Source: Myxococcota bacterium (lineage in GTDB: Bacteria > Myxococcota_A > UBA9160 > UBA4427). Taken from it: 64,000 bases of DNA. The stretch covers positions 72,991 through 136,990 of the forward strand of contig JBGCEJ010000010.1 of assembly GCA_045106235.1 (NCBI GenBank). The letters run 5' to 3'. Below are positions 9,470-19,192 of the stretch, piece after piece. Position 1 is the stretch's first letter. Every line of letters starts with the position of its first letter. Under the pieces are notes generated by a model that was given only the letters and a program-made list of their open reading frames with translations, made no database searches and was not told the DNA's origin. Position numbers and translations under genes: made by a program.

Positions 9470-10723
9470 ATGACTGATTCCGATCCGCGTCCGAAACCGC
9501 TTTCTGGCCTCAAGGTTGTTGACTGTACCCGCGTCCTCTCTGGACCGATCTGTAGTCGAATGCTGTCTGATATGGGCGCCGAGGTCGTTAAGATTGAGGC
9601 GCCTGAATCAGATATTCTGCGCGCGACGCCGCCGCTCGTGGGCGGATTCGGTTCGATGTTCGCGCAGTACAACGTGGGCAAGCGAAACGTCTCGATCGAT
9701 TTGAAAAGCGAGGGTGGGTCTGCTCTGCTCGGACGTCTGGCGAAGGAAGCCGACGTGGTCGTGGAGAATTTTCGGCCGGGTGTGCTTGATCGGTTGGGGC
9801 TCGCACCGGACAAACTGCGCCGTGAGAACACGCGCCTGATTCTCTGCTCGATCACGGGATGGGGGCAGGAGGGGCCTTGGTCGAGTCGCCCGGCGTACGC
9901 GCCGATGGTTCAGGCGGAGGCCGGGACCTTGGCGATGGGGGCTGCGCTTCGCGGGAGTCGTCCACGCGGCGAGACGATGCAGCACGCGGATCTCTATGCC
10001 GGGATGATGGCTTGCCAGGCGATCGTGGCCGCGCTCTATCATCGTGAACGCACGGGCGAGGGCCAGCATCTCGACATCGCGATGGGCGAGGCGCTGCTTT
10101 ACGTGAATGAACATGCGACTGCGGAACGAGCGGGCTATCCGGGATCGAGCGGATTCCCGACCTGGAATTTCGAGTCCTTTGAGTTAGGGGACGGGAACTC
10201 AGTTCACGTGATGGGGCTGCCGGAGCAGATTTTTCCTCTGCTGGCGATGATGCTGCCGATTCCGGGGGCGCTTGAGGATCCGCGTTTCGCGACGGCAGAG
10301 GCGCGCGTGGCGAATCGCGATGCGATGGTGGATCGACTGGATGAAGCGATGTCGCAGGTGGCGGATCAGCCGGCACTCGAGGCGCTGCTTGCGGGGACAC
10401 CGCTCATTGTCGTGCCGGTTCGATCGACCCGGGATCTGGTGGCGTCGGAGTGGGCGAAGCATCGCGGGGTGATGACCGAGATCGAGCCGGGCTTCGAGGT
10501 ACCGACTGCGGCGTGGCGTGCGAAAGACCTTGCGATCGGGGCGCCCAACACGCGGATCGCACGCCGAGGCGAAGACAACCGCGCCGTGCTCTCAGAATGG
10601 CTGGACCTCGATGCCCAGGCGTGCGCAGAGCTCGAAGCTTTGGGCGTTCTCGAGTACGCCGACGAAGAGCCCCCGACCCTCGACGAGGCGCCCCGTTCAG
10701 CATTCCGAGACGAGGGCAGTTAG
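9470..10723 (+). CDS. family III CoA-transferase (CaiB/BaiF type)
   Basis: LSGLKVVDCTRVLSGPICSRMLSDMGAEVVKIE is the N-terminal Rossmann signature. The catalytic Asp context is HADLYAGM...TGEGQHLDIAM. Confidence 0.9.
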   Translation: MTDSDPRPKPLSGLKVVDCTRVLSGPICSRMLSDMGAEVVKIEAPESDILRATPPLVGGFGSMFAQYNVGKRNVSIDLKSEGGSALLGRLAKEADVVVENFRPGVLDRLGLAPDKLRRENTRLILCSITGWGQEGPWSSRPAYAPMVQAEAGTLAMGAALRGSRPRGETMQHADLYAGMMACQAIVAALYHRERTGEGQHLDIAMGEALLYVNEHATAERAGYPGSSGFPTWNFESFELGDGNSVHVMGLPEQIFPLLAMMLPIPGALEDPRFATAEARVANRDAMVDRLDEAMSQVADQPALEALLAGTPLIVVPVRSTRDLVASEWAKHRGVMTEIEPGFEVPTAAWRAKDLAIGAPNTRIARRGEDNRAVLSEWLDLDAQACAELEALGVLEYADEEPPTLDEAPRSAFRDEGS

Positions 10724-10735
10724 GCGATCAACCTA

Positions 10736-10785
10736 AACAGCCTTGAGCCAAAAACAGCCTTGAGCCAAGAACAGCCTCGAGCCCA
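10736..10785. repeat. 17-bp tandem repeat x3 (AACAGCCTTGAGCCAA)
   Basis: Units at 10736-10751, 10753-10768 and 10770-10785 (the third has 2 mismatches). It lies between the CoA-transferase stop and the csp terminator. Confidence 0.9.
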
Positions 10786-10818
10786 AAAAAAAGGCCCCGT
10801 CACCGAAGTGACGGGGCC
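10785..10818 (-). terminator. Rho-independent terminator of cspA (read on minus strand)
   Basis: Perfect 11-bp stem GGCCCCGTCAC/GTGACGGGGCC (10793-10803 / 10808-10818), 4-nt loop, followed on the minus strand by a T8 run (A-run 10785-10792). Confidence 0.85.
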
Positions 10819-10842
10819 TTTCATCAAGTCAGTCTGAAGGGA

Positions 10843-11049
10843 TCAGACGACCTGGAGATTCTCAGCAGCAGGGCCCTTCTGGCCGTCTACTACGTCAAAT
10901 TCGACACGTGCACCCTCAGCCAAGGTCTTGAAACCTTCGCCCTGGATCGCGCTGTGGTGACAGAACACGTCCTTCTCACCATCATCACGCGTAATGAATC
11001 CGAAACCCTTTTCGTCGTTGAACCACTTCACTGAACCTGCAACTCGCAT
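10843..11049 (-). CDS. cspA: cold-shock protein (CspA family)
   Basis: 68 aa. RNP1/RNP2 motifs KGFGFI and VFCHHSAI, with [19 protein letters not shown] is GAAGG. Confidence 0.95.
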   Translation of the reverse strand: MRVAGSVKWFNDEKGFGFITRDDGEKDVFCHHSAIQGEGFKTLAEGARVEFDVVDGQKGPAAENLQVV

Positions 11050-11501
11050 TTAACTACCTTCTTTTTCTTGTTGGAGAGCGCGCTTACGCGGCCTCCCTTG
11101 TTTGGACCGACCGTTTGCCTCCACTCGTGGGGCCCGATCGATTCCATTTTCTTGGAAGTCGTCCGCCTTGTTTAAGGCCGCCGAACTCGACTCCTCTGCG
11201 AAGCCGTTCCGGCGGGGAGAGTACACCCAAGCGAAGGCTCTGGACAGGGATGATCCGATAATTCACTGGAATGGGAAGATCGGGCTGAATCCGCAGTCAG
11301 GGGGAGCGCTTGATCGGATCGGCTTTGAGTGTAGGGATTTGGCCGTATTGAGATAAAGATTTCCTCCTGAAAGAGGCTGAGGTGTCTCTCTCGTCGATTT
11401 CACAGGGAACCAGGCCTGTAGTTCGCCTTAACTGGAAGCTTCGCCGCGCCGATTAGGAGAGGCTCGCGGGTGCATTTATTTCGGTTAAGAGAACCAATTG
11501 G

Positions 11502-13502
11502 GTGCGCTCCTTCCCTGCGCGGCAGCCTTCGCCGCATTCTGGAGAATCGCTCGTGTCCGCCGATCCCGCCGACCCCACCCGAATTCTTGATGACGAAATT
11601 GCCGGGCTAGACGAGCCGAGGATTGAAGATACCCCGACGAAGATTCTGCCAGAGGACTCCTCGCAGAGGATCGAAGACACGCCTACGAAGGTCATGCCCG
11701 ACGCCGCGGCGCGCATCGAGGAAACGCCCACCAAGATCCTGTCCGACGCGCCGCTCGTCGAAGACGATTCCGAGGCCGCGACGGTTCTTGTCCAGGCTGC
11801 GGCCCAGGTAGAGGTTCCGATCGAAGCGGATGAAGCTGCCACCGCGCTGATGGATAGGGAGGAGGAAGATCTCACGGTTGTTTCGGAGCCGCCTGCCGCG
11901 CCGACTCGGGTTTCTGCGGAACCGGCGCCTGCAGCGGCTGCCTCGGCGCGCCCCGACGGTCCGGTCAAGACGCGGGTCATTGATGAACTGGCGGAGCAGG
12001 GCCCGATGGACGCCCCAACCGACCTCGCGATTGGTTTGGCTGCTGCGGAAGCGGCCCCGCGGACGGCACCGGCAGCGGTGACGGATGCGATGACGCAGCG
12101 TGCTGCGGCGCCGGTGGCAAAGACCCGGGGCAATCTCACGGGGACGCGTTTGCTGAACCGCTACCGCATAGGCGATCAGCTGGGCGTGGGCGGTTTCGGG
12201 ACAGTCTATAAAGCAATCGACGAATTGAAGATGGCGGGCGGCGAGAGCGCAGAGATCGCGATCAAGGTGATGGATGCCGAAGTGGTTCAGGGACGGCTTG
12301 ATGTGCTCGTTCAGGAAGTCGCACGGAGCCACCATGTCTCCCACCCGAATATCCTCCGCGTCTACGATATTCATCGCGACGCGGACCTTGCCTTTATCAC
12401 GATGGAGATGCTCGACGGTGTAGAACTCGCGGACATGATCCAGGAGCGAAGTGCCGCTACAGGTGCTCAGGCAGCAGGGAAGAGCAAGGGGCAGGGCAAA
12501 GCGCCGGCGACGCTCCTTCCGCTCGGTGATGTCGACCGGGTTGCGCAGGATGTTTGTCGGGCGCTCGCGCATTGCCATCAGCACAAGATGGTTCACGCAG
12601 ATATTAAGCCCGCCAATATTTTCGTTTGCAAAGACGGAACTGTGAAAGTTCTTGACCTCGGCATCGCTCAGATTATGGGAAGTCGGGGCAGCGTGTCGGG
12701 GTACTCGGCACTCTATGCGAGCCCTCAGCAAATCGAGGGTGAGGCATCTGATCCCCGGGACGATGTGTTCTCGATCGCCTGCTCGCTCTATCTCTGTCTT
12801 GCCGGAGAACATCCCTTCGACGCGAAATCGTCGAAGGAGGCCAGGGCCGCCGGCGAGAAGATCGACCTTACGAAGCTTCCCCGCCGCTACCGCAAGGCCT
12901 TGGGGGCAGCGCTTGCTTGGAAGCGCGAGGACCGAACGGCTTCCGCCGCCTTGCTCTGGAAGCAAGTGAGTCCGGCGGTTCGCCGCCGGAATGCGGTTTT
13001 TGCGGGCCTTGCTGCGACGGCGGTGGCCGGGATCGCCGCAGCCAGCATGATCGGACAATCGATCGGCGAGGAGAGCATCGCCGTGAGTGGCGCGAACCAG
13101 GCAAAGGCAGAGGACGCCTATCGCCGGGCGATGAATGATCAGTCCTCCGGCGCGAACTCGGGGCGCGAGGGGCTGCTTGAGGCGATGCAGGCGAATCCCT
13201 ATCACGATGAGGCGGCGGCGGCCTACGTGAATTTGATTGAAAGCACGCCCTTCAATGACCCGGCCGAATACAGCTTGGTTTGGGCTGATTTTGGATTCGC
13301 ACTCGACGCAGCGCCGACTTCGGATGCACTTCAGGCGGCCGCCAAGGAACGGATTGACGGTCTCCTCTCCGCCGACCCCTCCGCGCTGCCCCGAAGCCGC
13401 GTGCTGAGCGAGTACCGAGCGCCTCTCTGTGTCCTTCCGCAGGCGGGCTACCGCGTGGAGGAAATCGAGGCGCTTCGTTTGGCGCTCGATATACGCTGTT
13501 AG
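11502..13502 (+). CDS. membrane-anchored Ser/Thr protein kinase with repeat-containing N-terminus
   Basis: Hanks kinase motifs GVGGFGTVYKA, AIKV, HADIKPANIF and DLGIA. One TM segment (AVFAGLAATAVAGIAAASMIG) precedes a ~150-aa C-terminal extracytoplasmic domain. The GTG start at 11502 is uncertain. Confidence 0.85.
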   Translation: MRSFPARQPSPHSGESLVSADPADPTRILDDEIAGLDEPRIEDTPTKILPEDSSQRIEDTPTKVMPDAAARIEETPTKILSDAPLVEDDSEAATVLVQAAAQVEVPIEADEAATALMDREEEDLTVVSEPPAAPTRVSAEPAPAAAASARPDGPVKTRVIDELAEQGPMDAPTDLAIGLAAAEAAPRTAPAAVTDAMTQRAAAPVAKTRGNLTGTRLLNRYRIGDQLGVGGFGTVYKAIDELKMAGGESAEIAIKVMDAEVVQGRLDVLVQEVARSHHVSHPNILRVYDIHRDADLAFITMEMLDGVELADMIQERSAATGAQAAGKSKGQGKAPATLLPLGDVDRVAQDVCRALAHCHQHKMVHADIKPANIFVCKDGTVKVLDLGIAQIMGSRGSVSGYSALYASPQQIEGEASDPRDDVFSIACSLYLCLAGEHPFDAKSSKEARAAGEKIDLTKLPRRYRKALGAALAWKREDRTASAALLWKQVSPAVRRRNAVFAGLAATAVAGIAAASMIGQSIGEESIAVSGANQAKAEDAYRRAMNDQSSGANSGREGLLEAMQANPYHDEAAAAYVNLIESTPFNDPAEYSLVWADFGFALDAAPTSDALQAAAKERIDGLLSADPSALPRSRVLSEYRAPLCVLPQAGYRVEEIEALRLALDIRC

Positions 13503-13592
13503 GCCTGTCTAGATAGGCTGTCGATTCGGGGCTCTGGGCGCGCTGGCCGCAGGGCACTCGCCTATTCGCGGCGCGCCGCTTAGCCGGACTCG

Positions 13593-15119
13593 CTAGAAGA
13601 GGTAGCGAACGCCGCCGTTCACGAGATCGTTCGTGATGTCATCGAGTGCGACGACTTTTCGGTATTCAAAGAAGGCCGAGAGGCGATCGCCGATGGCCCG
13701 GTTCAGCGTGCGCTGCCGGCCACCGCGGACAATCACCTGGGCGCCAACGACGAAGACGCCGTAGTCGGTATCGATTTCTTCGCCGCTGAGGACGAAGGCG
13801 TCGGCGCCCGCGCCGCGGCCGATTCCGGCGTATTGCGAAACCGTCTGGTTCGTCTCGTCTTCGAGTTCAAAGCGCCATTCGCCGCGGACGTAGGGAAAGA
13901 GGACGCCGAGAGGCGTGCTGACCGCGACGGAAGCGCGTAGACCCAGCGTGGCCTCGACGCTCTGGACTTCTTGTTCTGAAATTTTCAGGGCGAAGTACTC
14001 GTCCGGCGTGATGTTATCCTCGTCGTAGGCCGCGATCGTGATATCCGTGAACTCGATTCGGAACGAGGGTTCAAGGACGAAGGGCTTGCTCTTGCTTTCG
14101 CTGAGTCCCAGCTCGCGCAGGCCGAAGCGAAAGAGGTAGCCGGCATTCAGCGCACCCGTAATTGCGTTGCTATCGGTCTCGCCCTTGGTGCGCGTGTTGG
14201 TTCCGTCGACGTCGGGATTGAGCGAGGGATACGTGATGAAGCGGTTGATATCGAATTCCATGCGCTGGTAGCTCAGGAAGCCGGAGACGTAGAAGGCACG
14301 CCAAGAGTAGGTGGCAAAGGCGCCGACGCTGAATCCTTGGGAATCGATTCCGCCGTCGACGATGGATTTGCTGCCGTCAAAGTCGAGCTCGTTGGCGGAG
14401 TACGCCACGACGATGCCCGCTGCGAGGTCCGGCCTGAAGCGGTAGTCGAGACCGGCGGTGAGGTCGTAGCCTTCGAAGTCGAAGGCGTTCTCGAAATTGG
14501 TTGGATCATGGCTGCCCCAGCCATAGGAGGCGTTCATGAAGCCGCCGAGATTCGCGAGGGTGTCCGATTTGGGCTTTGCGCTCACCGGTGGAAGCAGAGA
14601 TATTGGGCGGCCGAAATCATCAAAGGTCTGTCGCGGGAGGTTCTCGATGCCAGCGATGGAGAAGCCCCGGGCGCCGAGGCGGAGGGCGGTGATTCGGTTG
14701 CGGACGCTGGCGTTCTGACCGTCGGCGAAATCTGTGGCAGCACTGGATTGTGCGGCCACTTCTTCTGCCGCTGTCCAGCGGAGGGCGTTGCCGAGTCCTT
14801 CATCGTCTACGCTCAAGCTGAACGCGGTGGGGCCTCCGTTGGCGAGAATTTCGTTGGCGGTCTCCACGAGCTCTCGAACTTCAGCGAAGACGCCAAATTG
14901 CTCGACGGTGCAGTTGCTGCCGATACCGCCGTTACAATCGGGCTCGAGGGCTTCGAAAACGCGCTGATTGGCACGGGCGGCGGATCGCTCGAGGTCGTCG
15001 TAGGCGCTGCGACGGTCCACGGTCGTGAGCTGAATCAAGTCCGCGAGCGCGGGGACCGGAACGGCCGCGATGCTGACGAGTATGATGGCCTGTAGGGTCC
15101 TGGACACGATGCTTCGCAT
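13593..15119 (-). CDS. autotransporter-type outer-membrane beta-barrel protein with short passenger
   Basis: Signal peptide is MRSIVSRTLQAIILVSIAAVPVPALA. The C-terminal ~280 aa show an alternating beta-strand pattern ending in GGVRYLF (terminal aromatic). Confidence 0.7.
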   Translation of the reverse strand: MRSIVSRTLQAIILVSIAAVPVPALADLIQLTTVDRRSAYDDLERSAARANQRVFEALEPDCNGGIGSNCTVEQFGVFAEVRELVETANEILANGGPTAFSLSVDDEGLGNALRWTAAEEVAAQSSAATDFADGQNASVRNRITALRLGARGFSIAGIENLPRQTFDDFGRPISLLPPVSAKPKSDTLANLGGFMNASYGWGSHDPTNFENAFDFEGYDLTAGLDYRFRPDLAAGIVVAYSANELDFDGSKSIVDGGIDSQGFSVGAFATYSWRAFYVSGFLSYQRMEFDINRFITYPSLNPDVDGTNTRTKGETDSNAITGALNAGYLFRFGLRELGLSESKSKPFVLEPSFRIEFTDITIAAYDEDNITPDEYFALKISEQEVQSVEATLGLRASVAVSTPLGVLFPYVRGEWRFELEDETNQTVSQYAGIGRGAGADAFVLSGEEIDTDYGVFVVGAQVIVRGGRQRTLNRAIGDRLSAFFEYRKVVALDDITNDLVNGGVRYLF

Positions 15120-15366
15120 CAGGCGGCTCCGCTATTCGTGACGACGGCCAAATCGCTCCGAGGGAGCGGGATTGCCAGTCGCGACGATCTTAAAAAATTC
15201 GTTTTGAAGGCCCCGCACGCGCCCAACCGAGGGCGACGCAGAAGAGGGCTTCTCCGCTATTCGCGGATTCATCGGCCAGGCAACCGCTAAAGAAAAGACT
15301 TTCCTCAAGACTGCCTCTGCATTCACCGCAACAGATCCAGGGGTCTCTTTGACCCGTGGAGTCTTC

Positions 15367-18300
15367 ATGTCGGGTGCGCGTCGATTTTTCGGTTTTCTGC
15401 TGCTTTCGTTTCTGCTCGGCTGCAGTCCAAGCGATGTCGGAAATCAATCCGGATCAGGTCCGACCGCGATCGCTGCGGCGGTGGGCGTCGGTGCGGAGAC
15501 GGGAGGCGCCTACCAGGTTCGCGCCGGCTCGGAAGTCGTTGTTTCGGGCAAGGACAGCGAAGGCGGGGGTGCGCCGATCCTGGAATACGAATGGAGCCAA
15601 GTCTCCGGAACATCGGTCGATCTCTTCGAGCGCACCAATATTAGTCGCTCCTTTACCGCGCCTTCCGTTGAGGACACGCTCGTATTCGAGTTGACTGTGA
15701 CGGACTCCAAGGGAAAGACCTTCGTCGATACGGTGGAAGTCGACGTGGTGCCCGTGCTGGATGACGGGAAATTCCTTCGCGATCCAAGTGTCGAGGAGGA
15801 GATCTTCTTTTTCATCTCGCCGAACTCTCCGCCGGCGACGGTGGCCGCGACGATTCCCTATTCGCTGACCGTACAGCCGATTGTTTATTGGACGGACCGC
15901 AGCGGCGGCGCTCGGTCCCAGGTTTTGGCTTCGGTCCTCGAAGTTTCGGATCAAATCGAGGCGGGTTTTACCGTCCCCGGAGATCCGGTTGACTCGACGC
16001 AGGATCGATTCGTTCTGGCCCTCCCGTTACTTGATGCCGACGAAGTCAATGTCTTCTTTCAAGATGCGCTGCGCGCGGGGCGCCTGGAACTCGAAGAAGT
16101 TCCGAACGCCCGAGTTGAACTCGAAGTTGCGCTCGTGGGCAGCGGCGATTTTGAGGTCTACGTCGGCCGGTCGGATTCTGGAAGCTACGCGCTGATCGAG
16201 GGCGCGGATATCGTGGCAAGCGGGGAAACCCCGACCGCCGCGGGCGGGATCCTGGAGGGATCGGACGGCGAGGTTCGACTTGAACTCGAAGCGCTCCGTC
16301 AAGAACTGGGCGTCGAGTCGCGGCGCTCCGCTTCGAACTACTACGACTGCATCGATCCCGCAGCTGAGGCGGCCACGCTTTCCGGCTGGCTGACGGCGAC
16401 GGGATTCGATGGCGCAACCGATGTCACGAACGCGAAATACGTGAACAACTACGATCTCGGTTTCGGGCGCGATATGTACATGCGGGACGACGGCGCCGGG
16501 AATGTCTATAGCTACGTTGTGAACTATCCCAGCCTAGAACAGCTCCTTAAAGGGCAGGGCGAGTTCGCGACGGTGGCGATGGAGTTTAGTCCGAAGCCCG
16601 AGGGCAGCTGCGATGCGCCGACGTTCAGCGCCACGGAGAAGATTGTTAAGTTCTATGCCTTTGTGCCGGATACCACGACCGGGGAGATGGTTCGTGCCGA
16701 GAGCATGAATTTCGATGGTCGCGGGGAGCGTTTCATGCCGGGCGTCTGCACCGCCTGCCATGACGGGAGCATTACGAATATTGCGGCCTTAGGTCAGTCG
16801 GATCTCTCTCTGATCTCGGCCGAGAATGCCGACCTGGCCGCGACGTTTATGCCCTGGGATCTTGATTCGCTGCTCTTTGCCGAAGCGGAAGACGAGGCGT
16901 TGGTCGACCCCGATCTGAATCCGGATGAATTCACGACGGCAGAGCTTGCTGCGGTCTCCTATGAGAGTCAGCAGGCAGCCTTGCGCTCCCTGAATGAGGC
17001 CTCGCTTCTCACCTACCAGGGAGATCTTCGCCGCTACGAAGAGCCGCTGCGAATGATTCACGGTTGGTATGGAAATGAAGCCGCGCTGCCGGCGCCGATC
17101 GTGGACGACCCGATGACGGCGGAGGATGAGACGGACGATCTCTTGGTTCCGAGTCCTCTGGAAAGCGCTTCTGAAGCGACACTCACGACGCTTCCCGCGG
17201 TGGCTTTTGATGGCAGCTATGTCCAGCCGGGATGGGCCGGCGAGGAGGCGCTCTACGAGGAGGTCTACTCGCGCTATTGCCGCATGTGCCATACGCAGCA
17301 GGATAATCTCGACAAGAATTTTGAGTCCTACGATGAATTCGTCGAGGCTGCGGCGCTCTCGGATTTCGTTTTCGTACGCGGTGTGATGCCGGCGGCGCGA
17401 CTGACCCTCGACCGGTTCTGGGTCGATTTTGCGGGCTCGGATCCCTCCGCCGCGGAAATGTTGCGGGACCATTTGATCGGGGAGGGGGTTGACCTTGCCG
17501 CCGATGCTGTGCCGGGGCAGCCTGTGGCGCAGGCGACGGTGACCCCAACCAGTGTCGATGCGGTGGACGGCGCGGGGGATCTCGTTTCGACGACGATCAA
17601 CCTGGATGGCTCCGGGAGTCTCTTTGCCGAGTCTTACGCTTGGAGCGTGACTGACGATTCGGGCTGCGGCGGCAGTCCCCTGATTGCCGGGTCTTCAAGC
17701 GCCCAGGCGTCTTTCGCCGTTGATACTTCGCCCTGCGAATACACGGTCACGCTTGAAGTCGACTCCGGGATTGCGACCTCGGAGAGCGAGACGTTGGTGA
17801 CGACGAACCGAACGCCCGTCACGAATAATTTCACGGCTTCGCTTTCGGGGTACACGCCCGGGGACGCGACGGTCGATGTGGATGTCTTTGCACAGCTGCC
17901 GTCGAATGCTCTGGGCGATGGGGATCTGGTACTCGGGCTGAACGATCCGGATCCGCCCTTCAACCTCGTGGTGAACGCGAATGCGTCTGAGGTTTCAGAC
18001 GGCGTCATCCGCTTGGTTCTCGACTCGCGTCTCGGCGGTACGATGGATTCAGTCCAGTATCAGCTAGTGGATGCGAACGGGACCCTGGCTGAATCGATTG
18101 GCGTGGTCAGCGTTGACGTGGACGCGATCGCGCCTGTGCTTTCGACGACGGGCGGCTCTTTGACGGAATCGTCGGTGACGATTGAATGGAGCGTGCCGTC
18201 GGGATTCGTCGCGGATGATTACTCGGTCCTTCGTGATGGACCGTCTCCGGACGGCAATTTTGGCGTCATCGCAACGACTGCGTCGCTGAACTACGCCGAT

Positions 18301-19170
18301 TCATCCCTCTCGAGTGGCGAAAGCTACGAATACCGCGTTGCGGCGAACCTCGACGGAGAGTCGGCCAATTCGAACGATCTCGCGGTTTCGACGGCGGTCG
18401 GGGTGCCCTCAGGCCTGATGGGGGGAGTGACGACTTCCAGCGTTTCTCTGTCCTGGACCGCAGGCCCCGGCAGCGCGCCGGACGGCTATACGGTGTACCG
18501 GGACAATGCGTTTCTCGGGACAACGACCGGCTCGGGGATGACCGCCTACGTTGACTCCAGCGTTTCGCAAAATACATCCTATTCCTACGAGGTCTCGCAG
18601 ACGCGCAACGGCGTCGAGTCGGGGCGTTCGACGGCAGCGGCGATGACGACGAATACCGCGCCGGCGACGGGCTTTTCGGCGAGCCCTGATTTCGGGACGA
18701 GTGATGCGATTGATCTGGCTTGGTCCGCGCCGGCGGGCGGGACGGCCCCTTCGAACTACCGCATCTACCGCGGAGGAGCCCTGATTCGAACCCAGAGTGG
18801 TCTCACCTATACCGATACGGGACTGGACTCCCAGACAAGCTATTCCTACGAAGTCGCTGCGGTGGGCGCGAACGGGGAGTCGACGCGTGTTTCGGATTCA
18901 GCGACGACGAATCCGTCGCTGCCAGATCTCGTGGCGGTTGCCGGAAGTAGTTCTGCCACGCAGCAATCCGGCACTTATCCCAACGGCTGTTTGAATTCGG
19001 GCTGTCATCTGGGCGCGTCCAATTCGGAAATGGCGGGTCGCTTCGCGACTCCCTGCGCTTCCGACGATCTCGATATGGGCGACTGCACGTCGTCGATGAG
19101 CGGAGTGAGTATCAACTCCGCCTTCAGAGACCTCATCCTCTTCTGGATCGCCGCCGGCGAACCGGACTGA
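15367..19170 (+). CDS. large secreted lipoprotein with PKD-like and Fn3 domains and two CXXCH haem-c-like motifs
   Basis: Lipobox is LLSFLLGC. PKD-like segments include ILEYEWSQVSG...FELTVTDSKG and YAWSVTDDSG...VTLEVDSG. Three Fn3-like repeats include SVTIEWSVP...YEYRVAA, SVSLSWTAG...YSYEVSQ and IDLAWSAP...YSYEVAA. CTACH lies at 16747-16761 and CRMCH at 17278-17292, each followed ~35-45 aa later by Met-Pro. Confidence 0.8.
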   Translation: MSGARRFFGFLLLSFLLGCSPSDVGNQSGSGPTAIAAAVGVGAETGGAYQVRAGSEVVVSGKDSEGGGAPILEYEWSQVSGTSVDLFERTNISRSFTAPSVEDTLVFELTVTDSKGKTFVDTVEVDVVPVLDDGKFLRDPSVEEEIFFFISPNSPPATVAATIPYSLTVQPIVYWTDRSGGARSQVLASVLEVSDQIEAGFTVPGDPVDSTQDRFVLALPLLDADEVNVFFQDALRAGRLELEEVPNARVELEVALVGSGDFEVYVGRSDSGSYALIEGADIVASGETPTAAGGILEGSDGEVRLELEALRQELGVESRRSASNYYDCIDPAAEAATLSGWLTATGFDGATDVTNAKYVNNYDLGFGRDMYMRDDGAGNVYSYVVNYPSLEQLLKGQGEFATVAMEFSPKPEGSCDAPTFSATEKIVKFYAFVPDTTTGEMVRAESMNFDGRGERFMPGVCTACHDGSITNIAALGQSDLSLISAENADLAATFMPWDLDSLLFAEAEDEALVDPDLNPDEFTTAELAAVSYESQQAALRSLNEASLLTYQGDLRRYEEPLRMIHGWYGNEAALPAPIVDDPMTAEDETDDLLVPSPLESASEATLTTLPAVAFDGSYVQPGWAGEEALYEEVYSRYCRMCHTQQDNLDKNFESYDEFVEAAALSDFVFVRGVMPAARLTLDRFWVDFAGSDPSAAEMLRDHLIGEGVDLAADAVPGQPVAQATVTPTSVDAVDGAGDLVSTTINLDGSGSLFAESYAWSVTDDSGCGGSPLIAGSSSAQASFAVDTSPCEYTVTLEVDSGIATSESETLVTTNRTPVTNNFTASLSGYTPGDATVDVDVFAQLPSNALGDGDLVLGLNDPDPPFNLVVNANASEVSDGVIRLVLDSRLGGTMDSVQYQLVDANGTLAESIGVVSVDVDAIAPVLSTTGGSLTESSVTIEWSVPSGFVADDYSVLRDGPSPDGNFGVIATTASLNYADSSLSSGESYEYRVAANLDGESANSNDLAVSTAVGVPSGLMGGVTTSSVSLSWTAGPGSAPDGYTVYRDNAFLGTTTGSGMTAYVDSSVSQNTSYSYEVSQTRNGVESGRSTAAAMTTNTAPATGFSASPDFGTSDAIDLAWSAPAGGTAPSNYRIYRGGALIRTQSGLTYTDTGLDSQTSYSYEVAAVGANGESTRVSDSATTNPSLPDLVAVAGSSSATQQSGTYPNGCLNSGCHLGASNSEMAGRFATPCASDDLDMGDCTSSMSGVSINSAFRDLILFWIAAGEPD

Positions 19171-19192
19171 TCAGAAAGAACGGATCATAAAA

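Noticed and set aside
11050-11450. ORFs 11084..11266 (-) and 11102..11356 (+) upstream of cspA
   Set aside because: They are short and lack motifs, and they lie where a long structured csp 5' UTR and promoter are expected. I treat them as non-coding. I could not define the UTR boundaries from sequence alone.
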